Source: Octopus sinensis
Lineage: Eukaryota
NCBI RefSeq assembly: GCF_006345805.1
Contig: NC_042998.1
Location: 93,868,001-93,932,000, forward strand
Direction of reading: 5' to 3'
Length of the DNA stretch: 64,000 nt
Positions 38,101 to 49,619 of the stretch are shown here, in pieces. The notes under the pieces were generated by a model. That model had not been told where the DNA came from, made no database searches, and saw only the letters and a list, made by a program, of their open reading frames with translations. The position numbers were made by a program, and so were the translations under genes. The first letter of the stretch is position 1, and every line of letters starts with the position of its first letter.

Positions 38101-41100
38101 GATACAATATAATCTTCATATCAGAAGAATAGCTAACATACAATCAGAGAAAATGCCTTGAAGATAGGGAGTTAACAAGAAATACGGTATTACTGGGTTT
38201 TTTTAAATAATGTTTCGGAATTATTTTTAAAAATATTTCAGAATTATTTTTAAAAGCAAAAAAGTTATTTCTACATGTCCACCTTAGATTTCAATGGTTA
38301 TTTAATTTTAAAGAAATATATTTTTACCTGTCTAAGGATATTGATTTTCGAATGTTATTCTTTGTTGCCTGAAATCAAATTAATCAAGCTATATATTACA
38401 TAAGAGCAAATTTCCGAAACAATAGCAGAAATAGCTATTTTATAATATTGTAAAACACAAAATCATAACTTTTATTCATAATTTTTGAAATGATTTTGAA
38501 AAATTTAGTTTTTTATTGTACTTTTTTTTAACTGTCATACTGACTCATTTTAATACTTATTGAATAACACTAATTAACAAAATGTGCACATCATTGTGAA
38601 AACCTTACCAACCAACACAACCTAAAAGAACGTATTCAAAGAAGAATCTCAAACAGGATTAAGTATACCTCCATTACTACAATTTCTATACTTTACAATG
38701 CCCAGATTCACAACAGACTTCATTTAAAAATCACATCAAGCGTAGTATTGAAGGAGACCCATGTTCAAAATATGCTGTCTTCACTTAAGATTCCCTTCAT
38801 AGGGAACATTGATACTACAGATCATTTCTAGCTCTTGCAAATGTAAAAGATAGCTTTCAAGCCAGAGGTTTCCTTGACACACTTCTGCAACTACTTAATA
38901 ATTCATAGACATGCTGATAGCAATCAATATTTTTTCTTCTTCTTATAAATCATTTAATCAAGAGAAAAGTTAGTGCCCATGAGCCTTTTTGGAAATTTAA
39001 GACTGTAGAAGGAAGTTATCCTCAAACTAGAGACCTAACATGAATTGATAGTGTTAATCTGAGTAACAGACCAGGCCAATGTCAGATATATACCAGCTGC
39101 TATCCATAATTCTGAACATTTATATATATGACCAAGATCTTGACAAATGACTGAGACCTTTGGCAATAGGAAGATTTATCAAGCTGAGATTGTAGTTGTA
39201 ACAGATGCTGGTGTCATAACAGGTACCTGTGCCAGTGACATTACACTCTTGGAGGGGTTGGCATTAGGAAAGGCATCCAGCTGTAGAAACTACGCCAAAT
39301 CAGATTGAAATCTGGAGCAGCTCCTCAACTTACCAGCCCTGGTCAAACTGTCCGATCCATGCCAGCATGGACAACGGACGTCAAATGATGATACCAACAG
39401 CTTACAAGAATATCAATAATACATGTTGATATGCAAGATATTCAATATGCATTACTCTTGAACCAATTTTTATGAGATATGGGGACACAGTTTTTATAAA
39501 AACATGCTCTTATCTAAAAGCATACAATGACTAATGCTTTTGATAATGTTTAGCATTGAACTATCACAGGAACTTGACAGTTTCAACAATGAACAGCTAC
39601 TAAAATCAAGATTTCTTTTTCTGTATAATTTCCATTTGAAAGTGATAAGAACATAAACATCAAATTCTGTAAGTTGTTTGATGATCTCAATGCTTTACCG
39701 ACTAATTCAAAATGGTACATTGACATCAAGAGTCATTAATGTTAGTCTCTACAAAGTTTTTAGAGAAAACTGATATTGGGAAGATTTTTTTATTAGAAAC
39801 CAACCAAGAAATAAAAAGACTCCTCCTCAGAACATCTGGTTCTGCAGGCCACACATTAAGCAAACATATCACCAAAACTATTACATCCACAATACAAAAG
39901 AAGAACTGAGCATCAAACCTAAATAGGACCTTCTAGACAACCAATTCCAAAAGAATATGCACATTATGAAAACTGCCAGGTTGGAAATGCCAAAAATTTT
40001 ACTTTAGAAGTTTGTACATTAAAGAAGCTATATTCATTAGATGTTTACAAACAATACAATCATCAGGAGCTTCTTGACTATTAGAATTTCATTATATAAT
40101 TTGAATATCACACCTCAATTACTAATTATATTACATTATATAATTTGAATATCACACCTCAAACACTGCATGTTTGAGTAACATGCAATTAAAATTCCCA
40201 AAAGTTGCTGTTGAAGCTAAATTTTACAATCTCTGATGATCTCATATACAAAATGTAGCCAAAACTGCATCCTAAAGACCGATCTTCACCATCAGGGTGA
40301 GAAACTACTTAACTGCTGATCAGTCACAAATCCTACAAATGACCAGTTTTTGCTAATACTACATACAAATATCCTAAGAAGGCATGTGGTTGGTTAGTAA
40401 TACACTAGAACTGCTAGTCCACAGAAGCACTGTCACCTCATTGTCTATTTTATACTTCTACTGCAACAGCATCTGCTTCTCTTAACTGGTTAGTTGTACA
40501 CAACATCTACCCCATCCAGAAACAGTCAGCTCTTCTATGCCTTGCACTAACCACTCATTCCAATCCTTCTTTCCCAGAACATCATTCCTCTGGAATTCCT
40601 TCCCTAGCCACATTTTGCCAGCAGATGTCAACTGGGAGATGTTCAAGCTGAACTTCAGCTGGACTGCTGTTACCAGTTTTAGAAGGCTTGTGTAAGTCAC
40701 AGAGCATGTCCTTCCACAAAACAGTGGAATAAAAAGGTGTTATGAATGTCTTCTTCAACATTAGCATCTCATTTTAAATTCTTCAGTTCACAATCACAGT
40801 TTATTAAAATTTAATGATTAAATTTATTTTCCTATGTGTTGTTATACAGCTTTCAACACCTGCCTGTTCCTGTGCATATTGATATAATTTAAGGCCAGTA
40901 ACTAAAATAATTTTCCTACAAGGATCTTATTCCTGAGGGTTTTTGGTTGTACTGTGGGCTTTTGAAATACAAAGCTCAAGGCCATAATGCCTCTCCTGAA
41001 TCTGGAATTGATTATACAACCTTATGATTAAGAACTCAGTTGCCTAACCCACTAAGCCATGTTATAATTCAACACAAAAATAGCTAACAAAGCCTTACCG

Positions 41101-44100
41101 TTATTTTTAGCTAATTTAACTTCAAGTATACACTACAACATTAAAGTACAATAGAAGATAGAAATTGGAGACTAAACTGGTTGTTTAATTAACATATATA
41201 AGTTACATTTATCAGTGGAAGTGCAAGAGATAAGCATAAATTAAAAAAGATATTTAGATGTTGCATGCTTTCTTTTTTTTTATCTCTGCAAAATGTAGAG
41301 CATTTTGATTAATATATGTGTCAAACAGTAGGTCATAAAGCCCAAGATAGCTTGTGAAATTAATATTAAGAGGAAATACAACTGAGATATCTGGTGCATA
41401 TACAAGTTTGAAAAATAAATTCAGTTTAAACCAGTTACAAAGATCCAAAATTACTAAATGAACTGCTAATTCAAATCCAATATTTTAATATATACAATTT
41501 TAATAACAATGACTATAAAACATTTTAATATTTTTCTGAAGAATTTCATAATTCCTAAAACTTGTTTGAAACTAACAGAATAAACAATTTTTTTTTATCC
41601 TTCATTTCTATTACACAAGAGTATATGTTTATTAATAAGTTACCAATTTATAGTTGCTTTTGGTTGGAGATGAAATTGGTATGGAAGAATTTATTACATA
41701 TTGGTTAGGCACTTCATAAGCTATTGTTGCATTGGCAATTCTCATACAGTCTTCAAGGGTTTGTATGAAGGTATCACAGGTCGCACTCAACAGAGATGTG
41801 GCATCATTCAATTTCTAAAACAGACAAAATATAATTTTTTTTTAAATATTTAAAAAATTCAAAATACACCAATATACAATATTTATATAAAATTACAATT
41901 ATCATCATTGTTTTAATGTCCACTTTTCCATGCATGAATGGGTTGGACACAGTTTAGTGAGGCAGATTTTCTATGACTGGGTGCGTTTCCCGTCGCCAAC
42001 CCACACCCGTTTTCAAACAAGAGAATATTCTCTCATGGCCAGATATATTTGAGCATAATATTAGAAATTAATGACATTCATTTACAATAATCACACAATA
42101 TCAAAAGGACACACACACACACAATGGGTTTCTTTTAGTTTCTGCCTACCAATTCCACTCACAAGACTTTTGTCAGCCCCAGGGATATAGTAAAAGACAC
42201 TTGCTCAAGGTGCCACAACTCACTCCTCCCCATTTATTTTTTTTCCAGTCTCAAGAAATTTATTTTTCCTACTTATAAAAAGTTAATTTTATAGTGGAAA
42301 GTAAAAACCAATTAATTTAAATTTTCCCCTCATCTCTCCATCTGTTTTCTTTCTTCGTTCCTTTCTGTAGACTTCTTCCATTTTTCCAGATCATCAAAGT
42401 AATAGACCTTGTTTGTTGTTGCCCTCACCTGTCTGTCTTTTGTACAGTTTTAAACCATATAGTTTACTAGCTTCACTTCCAGATTTACTTAATTTTTTTG
42501 TCTCCATTGAAGTAAATCTAGAATAAGAGGTAGATTGGAATGAAAAGCTTTCTGAGTAAACCATGTTCTAGCAGATCAGGTCACAATCATCCAACTAAGA
42601 AAATACAAACATTTTAAAAACTACAACTTGCTTCAATCTCATTCACGTGCATGTCCAGATAAAAATTCATAAGCATGCCTAAATTTCTATATATCTTAAA
42701 TTTGCAGAAGAGTTTGTGGTGTGGGCGGTTTAGCTTAATGGTTCAGAGCACTATGATGCGTAATCACGGAGGTGTGAGTTCGAGTCTCATAGCCAGCTGC
42801 CAACACTTTTTTCTGCAAAATAGGGGTAGCTTATCCTGTTCAGGCTATATCATGAGCATTATCATGCGTTTGAGAATTTAAAATCACTTCTTTAACTTTC
42901 TAAGACATCTCAACGCTTCTAAAGCAAACTTTGTTTGTTTGTTTATGTTCATCGTAATTTGAATTTAAGATATATTTAATATTTCTATTTAATAATGCAT
43001 AGACTGCCAACCATATACAACACCTGTACGGTCTTAACTTCACATACACAGAGTTAGACTTTTCAAATGCATACACATACTGTTACATTCTACTTGCACA
43101 CATTTTAAAAAATTGTTTTATTTAATATAAAACAGTTTCATACAAAATTCTAAAGCTATCTGCTATCAGGCTGTTCATGATATAAAAGGTAGATGATTAC
43201 AATATCACTAAAAGGTCAAAATTCAAATCATGTCACTACACTCCTTGAATCAAGTTATACTTGACAATTCAGCTGTTTAGTTTATTTCTCAATTCAATTC
43301 CAGAAATTGTAAATATGATTTGCTATTTTGAAGTCAGCCAACTTGATTTTCAATTTAGGTGTGATCATAGCCTTTGAAGCATCTACCAAAGTAAGAGGTA
43401 ATGTCTTAAGTTGAACTGAAACTGTGGAAGATCACTTAATGAGGTGGCAGTGTTTAGCTCCAACTCAGTCCTGACCAAACAGGCATATAATCAATATTCC
43501 ACTTGAAACCATCCCAGTATTATTTTTAGGGTTCTTTTACTTTATTACTTGTTTCAGTCATTTGACTGTGGCCATGCTGGAGCACCGCCTTTAGTCGAGC
43601 AAATTCACCCCAGGACTTATTCTTTGTAAGCCTAGTACTTATTCTATCGGCCTCTTTTGCCGAACCACTAAGTTACGGGGATGTAAACACACCAGCATTG
43701 GTTGTCAAGCAATGTTGGGGGGACAAAAACAGACACACACACACACATATATATATATATACATATATACACATATATATACACATACATACATATATAT
43801 ATATACACGATAAGCTTCTTTCAGTTCCATCTACCAAATCCACTCACAAGGCTTTGGTTGGCCCGCAGCTATTGTTGAAGACACTTGCCCAAGGTGCCAC
43901 ACAGTGGAACTGAACCCAGAACCATGTGGCTGGTAAGCAAGCTACTTACCACACAGCCACTCCTACGCCTATGCAAGACATTAACACATCCTTTCCTTAT
44001 TTATGATGAAAGGTGTGATTTGAGGGAGATTCAGCTGCTATTATTACTAACAGGTCAAGCAACCATTTGGAGGCTCCCTTATTAGGTTGTTGCTGAGGGC

Positions 44101-47100
44101 AGGACAAATATTGTAAGGCATCTGATCAGATGTCCGTACAAGTTAATCAATTCATAACTTCCGATTGATACTTTTGTACGGATTCCAAAAGAATGAAAGC
44201 TAAAGTCAACCTGTGCAGAATTTGAACTCAGAATGCAGTGAGTCAGAACAAATATCACAAAGTATTCTGTCCAACACTATAATAACTGCCTATACGCATT
44301 TCATTAAAAAAAATATAAACAATGAAATTTCACTAAAGTTTATTAGAAATTATACTTCTCCCATCCCTCCAACCAAAAAAAAAAAAAAAAACCTCATATA
44401 GCCTATCAAACAATATCATGGCAGCAAATATTTAATAACACTGAATCTAATAAGTCTACATTATAAACAACATTCTACTGAGAGAGAGTGGGGTAAAAAG
44501 CCCTTTCAAACCTGAATATCCGGAGTTTCATCTGGGTTTGAGATTGCTTGTTTTACAGAATGGACTTGCTTCATCAGAAGATCACAATACAATCTCAGTT
44601 CTGATTTTTTGGTTTTGACAATATCAGGGGAAATTTCTCCTAAACAAATAATAAAAATCATTTCAATATTTCCTCTTAGAAATCTCAAAACTAAATATAC
44701 ATAATGAAGTAAATATAAATGAATTTCCCTAAAAGTACAACCAAAGACACTCATTTGATAGTATAGAACCAAAAACAATTTTGGTGCTAATCGCAAAACT
44801 AAAGTTTGAATAAAGAATGTCTTTAAAATGAATGAGGTTTCCTAAATAATTAAACTACAAAAGAGAAAAAAAAAGAATCGAGGATAATAAAAAGAGCTCA
44901 TCTCAAGAGTAAGATTTTCTAATGCACTAGCAGTAATACAAAACCACTTTAGAATCTCAAAAAATGTTAGTTAACAAATTATAATGAAGGAGTTGAATGA
45001 GATGAGAATCTTAAAAAAAAAAATTATGACAAGATAAATTGTCATTAAAGATCAGTTTTAATTTCAATTTTAAAATGTAATTTAGCTCATTTTTCTTTGT
45101 CCAATAGTTTATAAAATGTCTTAATATATAAAGTAGAGAACAAACCTGTACTCTGTGGGGATTGTCCATTTGCCAAGCAAGCTTTTGAAGTACCAAGGGC
45201 AATAAGCCACTGTTGGCGTTCATGAGGTGTAGCTGCTTTTAGGTAGAAGTGCTGTTCTCCAGGAATAACCAAGTCTAACCGTGTGGAATCTGACGGGTGT
45301 ACTGTGAAAATAGAGAAGAGAGTTTAAAAGCAATGTTCTTTAACTTTCAAAATGAAACTGGAATTCACAAAAACTACAAGGGAAAGGTAGTCCTGAGGGT
45401 TCTTCAGAGGGAGATGCACTTAACCCTTTAGCATTCAGATTGCTCTGTTAAATGTATTGCTTATTTATTCACTGTTTTGAATTAATCAAGCATTATGACA
45501 TATTTTCAAGAGATCAATGATGTGATTGATTATTTTTAGAATGACATTCGTAGGATGGTTGTAGAGGCTGGATCAGACTGGTTTGAACATAAAACAGGTA
45601 GAGTAGATTTAGGTCTGATGTGGTCAGTTTAAATGCTAAGGAGTTAAATGCTTACGATAAGCTTTGAGTAAATATGTTTGAAGAATGTGAGAGAAAAAGA
45701 GGTAAGCGGAGAGCAGTGAGTAACCAGTTAAGAAAATGATGTATATAGAGAAAAATAATGGCCAGGGCAATGAAACAAAGAGAGGTGAGAGGAAAGGTGT
45801 AGAGACTTACACAAAGACTGGAAGATAATTACGAAACATGAGGGAAAGGTTGCAAGAGATTAAAGAGTTGTAAGCAAAGAAAAACATGTATGTAAAGGAT
45901 ACATATGAATCCATATACAAATATATTAAAACATGCAGGAAGGAAAACTAGGTTAGTAGGAGAAAAAAGATCAATATGCAGATGTAAGGAAGGTGGGGTG
46001 AGTGTGTGCATGCACATGTGAATGATCAAGCGAGTGATCAAGCAAGCGAATGTGCGAATGAGCGAGTGCACGTGTGAATGAGTGAGAGCATGCACACATG
46101 AGTATGAATGAAGGAAAAACATTTAGACTTATTGGGAAAGACCATTTCAAAGAGCTAAGTTACTACTCTTAACGTTTCCAGCTATGGGGGAATCTGTTGG
46201 TAAACAAGTAACCTATGAATTGGAATGACAAGCCATGGGTTTGCTGATACTCAAAGCAATCTCTAAATGGAGTACTGTTTTGCCTGTTTACAACCCAATA
46301 GAATAGATGAGGTTGGTGAAGGTAGTTAAAGTGTTGGATGGCTGGAATTCTGCATCAGGTTACTATTGTGGGATTACAGATGAGGAGAGAAGTGTGGCAT
46401 CTGCAGTGAAAACATTTTAAGGTACCCATATGGGTATAACTAGAGGCTAAGAAGCTTCTAACCAAAAGAGACAGTAACTTTTTTTTTCTTTTTGCCTTTT
46501 GAATAAAGGCTGCTGAAAGAAGATCAGAATGGTTGAAAAACCAGCCAGAAAAATATGCAAGTTATGGAAGAATATTTTTAATGAAGGGTGATCAGAAGGG
46601 AATTTGTTATGCATGTTGGTTTTACTGGTAGATCAAGCTCAATTAAGTGCAACATCCACATTCTCTCAAGAGTGACCACATTTCAAGAAAAAAGTAATGT
46701 TTGTTAAGATTTTAAACTGAAGTTCAAGTCATTGTTGCAAAGCCAATGATACTGAGAATAAACTGGGGGTGGAGATAAGAATGAAAATAGTAGGCATAGG
46801 GGTGTGAATCAGTGGAAGTGAACAGATAGGTATTGTTAATAGTGACCAATGTTTAGGAAGGTGAACTGGTAGAAACGTTAGCACGCCAGGCGAAATGCTT
46901 AGCGGTATTTCGTCTGCCATTACATTCTAAGTTCAAATTCCACCGAGGTCAACTTAGCCTCTCAACCTTCAGGGTCAATTAAATAAGTACCAGTTACACA
47001 CTGGGGTTCATGTAATCAACTTAATTCCTTGTTCGTCCCCTCTATGTTTAGCAGCCTGTGGGCAATAAAGAAATAAATGTTTAGGAAGGTGATAGAAGAG

Positions 47101-48999
47101 CCAGTAGAAACAGAACGAAGATGTCAGTGAATGAGGCGTAATTCAGTTCATCTCTGGTGCATGACATTGTATAGAATCATCTATATAGCAACCATGTAAC
47201 TCTGGGGTTTACCCAATGAATTGGATAAAAATCTAGAAAAAAAAAAAAAAAGTAACTGAGACCCATCTTGGTCCCCACAACATACTACCCTCCCCTGGCA
47301 AGAATAGAGTATCTGAGTTTAAATATGATCAAGAAAGTGTTGTGAGTCAAAAGGTCATTGTTATGAGGGACAGTTGTGTACAGAGATTCCACACTCAGTG
47401 AAGAGATGTTTGGAAAGTTGAATGAGGAAGGAAAACCAGTTGAAGAGGTTAATGTACTTAATGTAAGAATGTAAGGTAGCAGCAGAGGATGACAACACTT
47501 TGAGGAAGACAACTATGAAGAATGATAATGGAATTCTGCATAATCATTTAAGTATCAGTGAATATTTTAAGAAGGATATAATTAAAATGGACAATATTTT
47601 ATAATTAGGCATGAAAGGTATTTAAAATGATAAAAGGACCCAAGAAAATTGTTTTATTTATCATTAAATTCTGACCTGTTAGAATAGGACAGCAATTTTT
47701 GTAACTCTCCAAAATGTGTACTTATCTTTTACTGGTTTTAGTCATTGGACTGCAGCCATGCTGAGGCACAGTCATGAAGAGTTTAGTCAAACAAACTGAC
47801 CCATTATTTTTAAAGCTGGTACTTATTCTACCAATCTCTTTTGCCAAACTGCTGGGTATCAGGGATATAAACTAACAACAATTGTCAAGAGGTGGTGGGA
47901 AATAAACACACACACACACAAAATGGGCTTCCACACAATTTCCATCTATGAAATTCACTTACAGGGCATTGCTGGCCCTGAGCTATAGTAGAAAACACTT
48001 GGCCAAGATGCTGCACAGTGGGACTGAACACAAAACCATGCAGTGGCAAAGTGAGCTTCTTGACCACACACCCATGCCTGCACCCAAGATATTTTTTGCT
48101 TCTTTTTCTTTCTAATTAAATGAATAGAATACAAGTCTCATGAGGTGATTACTGTAGATTAAAAAACATAGTATTTCTTTGTACTATAGGTTTTGAGATC
48201 AAATTCCATTAAGAATGATTTTTTGGTATAAAGTTGTTTTTGTGCTGATATAAGAAAGTGTTAAATATAAGTAATTATTGTTAAGCCCTATCGTTTACAT
48301 AACAGTTATCTGAAGAAAAGGTAATCTCTACTATAGGCACAAGGCCTGAAACTTTGGAGAAAGGGCTTGTTAGTTACATCAACTACGGTACTCAACTGGT
48401 ATGTAGTTTATCAACCCCGAAAGGATGAAAGGCAAGGTCAACCACAGCAAAATTTGAACTCGGAAGATAAAGAGCCTGAAGGAGTGCCAAGTATTTTGTC
48501 CATTACAAGAATAATTGTGCCAGCTTCCACCTTAGAAAAGGTAAATAATAAAATAAAGCATGCTTTAACATAAGAGATTAAAAAGTGAAACTTAAGATCA
48601 TTAAGCAAAAACATGCATGTGTGTGCATGCACATAATATATATATAAATTTCAAGATTAATATTGACAGTGACTACAAATTTTTGACCAGCTGAGTCATC
48701 AGACATTCCAATGATGACTTAGTTCGCTAAAGCTTCAAAGTCACAGTAAATACTATTTTTGTTAAAGAATGATAAATTTGTACTCTATAAAAAATACTAA
48801 GTAATCCTTTTTAATGTAAAATTGTTTTTTATAACATAAAAAACATTGATATATGCATAAATATATATGATCAATAACTCACCAACTACATCACATACTG
48901 TCATCTTTATTGACCCTTTACAGCCACTATTGACTACTTCTTGAGATTTGTAGTAAGATAAAATACCATTTTCTAAAATGAACCATCGAGGTTGCCAAC
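31972..48999 (-). CDS. PLEKHA8: Pleckstrin homology domain-containing family A member 8 (FAPP2; PH + glycolipid transfer domain); first coding exon missing. complement(join(31972..32169,33132..33264,35225..35352,36164..36222,36485..36570,37105..37383,38328..38368,41644..41814,44512..44639,45146..45301,48883..48999))
   Basis: 11 GT-AG exons splice to a stop-free frame of ~498 aa: [17 protein letters not shown] (FAPP PH), [28 protein letters not shown] (FAPP-specific), GLTP motifs [28 protein letters not shown]-terminus DSEEQV*. Confidence 0.95.
32423..32627. mobile_element. piggyBac-type MITE, degenerate
   Basis: Internal homology to 28475-28685; ends AATGCTAAAGGA|TTAA. Confidence 0.65.
33132..33264 (-). 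CDS. PLEKHA8: PLEKHA8 exon, GLTP domain
   Basis: [44 protein letters not shown]; cag/gtaagt. Confidence 0.92.
33398..33760 (+). mobile_element. Helentron-associated non-autonomous element (HINE/DINE-1-like)
   Basis: Starts TTATTACCGCCTTAGCAAAGGCAGAGG, has (GTTT)n, ends CCTTGGCATAGGTTTGTGCTTTGAGCGCTC plus a T-run; layout recognised from memory of HINE elements. Confidence 0.55.
34980..35027. repeat. Perfect 48-bp palindrome
   Basis: GTACACTTCTTAATCACATACC-TATA-GGTATGTGATTAAGAAGTGTAC. Confidence 0.97.
35225..35352 (-). CDS. PLEKHA8: PLEKHA8 exon, GLTP domain
   Basis: [43 protein letters not shown]; cag/gtatat. Confidence 0.92.
36164..36222 (-). CDS. PLEKHA8: PLEKHA8 exon, GLTP domain
   Basis: [20 protein letters not shown] (D-x3-N headgroup motif); tag/gtgatt. 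Confidence 0.92.
36485..36570 (-). CDS. PLEKHA8: PLEKHA8 exon, GLTP domain
   Basis: [29 protein letters not shown]; aag/gtgagt. Confidence 0.9.
37105..37383 (-). CDS. PLEKHA8: PLEKHA8 exon, Ser-rich linker into GLTP domain
   Basis: catttcag|; [10 protein letters not shown]...DTYFSYLTH; donor gtttgg; overlaps ORF 37053..37376. Confidence 0.85.
38328..38368 (-). CDS. PLEKHA8: PLEKHA8 41-nt linker exon
   Basis: tttcag|[14 protein letters not shown]|gtaaaa; supplies the phase 0-to-2 shift needed between the flanking exons. Confidence 0.75.
40200..40760 (+). mobile_element. CR1/Jockey-group LINE 3' remnant
   Basis: Translates to [18 protein letters not shown]...[24 protein letters not shown]...MFKLNF, typical of LINE ORF2 C-termini. 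Confidence 0.6.
41644..41814 (-). CDS. PLEKHA8: PLEKHA8 exon
   Basis: [29 protein letters not shown]...[10 protein letters not shown]; tag/gtaact. Confidence 0.92.
42723..42798 (+). pseudogene. tRNA-like sequence (tRNA pseudogene or SINE head)
   Basis: D-arm TAGCTTAATGGTTCAGAGCA and T-arm GTGAG-TTCGAGT-CTCAT are good; acceptor and anticodon stems are imperfect (loop TGCGTAA). Confidence 0.45.
43533..43972 (-). mobile_element. SINE family 1, full-length copy
   Basis: Complete reverse-complement match; further - strand copies at ~34692-35000, 47722-48083, 52050-52375, 54278-54647. Confidence 0.85.
44512..44639 (-). CDS. PLEKHA8: PLEKHA8 exon
   Basis: [42 protein letters not shown]; tag/gtttga. 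Confidence 0.93.
45146..45301 (-). CDS. PLEKHA8: PLEKHA8 exon, PH domain C-terminal part
   Basis: [43 protein letters not shown]; cag/gtttgt splice sites. Confidence 0.95.
45424..45643. mobile_element. piggyBac-type MITE
   Basis: TTAA|CCCTTTAGCATT ... AATGCTAAGGAG|TTAA. Confidence 0.78.
46860..47078 (+). mobile_element. SINE family 2 copy
   Basis: Forward copy of 13750-13980, flanked by the direct repeat ATGTTTAGGAAGGTGA (likely target-site duplication). Confidence 0.8.
48883..48999 (-). CDS. PLEKHA8: PLEKHA8 exon, PH domain N-terminal part
   Basis: catttcag|GT TGG CAA CCT CGA TGG: [39 protein letters not shown]; donor gtgagt. Confidence 0.95.
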
Positions 49000-49619
49000 C
49001 TGAAATGAAATGAAAAATGTGTTCTTGTACTAAACAACAAAATAAAAATGATCAAGAATGTATGAAGAATCATGAACATAAGTTTAAAAAGTCAGACACT
49101 AATTGAGTTTAATAGGCACTGACTTAGTTTGAATTGTTTAAATAAACTATGTAACAAATGCCTATCTAACTTCCAAACAAATTATACAGCTGTCAGCTAA
49201 GAAGCAGATGTTTAAGCTCTGAAAAGTGAAAATGTGATAGCAATCATACAATCTCTCAAACTGGTGTCAAATCAATAGAGTTAAATTTCACTTGCTAATG
49301 AATGAAACGGTGAATGCATTGACACTAAATCCAGAAATATTACTGCCCAACTTCATAATTGATTATTAGCTATAACTATTTTGATAGAATATGTCTGAAC
49401 TATAACTTTTAAACTGGAGATTTCTGAGAAACAACATTTTTAAGAAAGTTGCAAGAAAAAACAAAATTCTAAACAAAATATTTAAGTTTTTTTGGGAAGT
49501 GATTTCAGTCACCAACTTCTTCCTGATATAGGTATTTTGCTACATTTTTTCCTTTCATTTACAATTGTGAATGTTGTTCTGTGGTATTGTCTGAAATAGT
49601 GAAATATATATATTGACCC

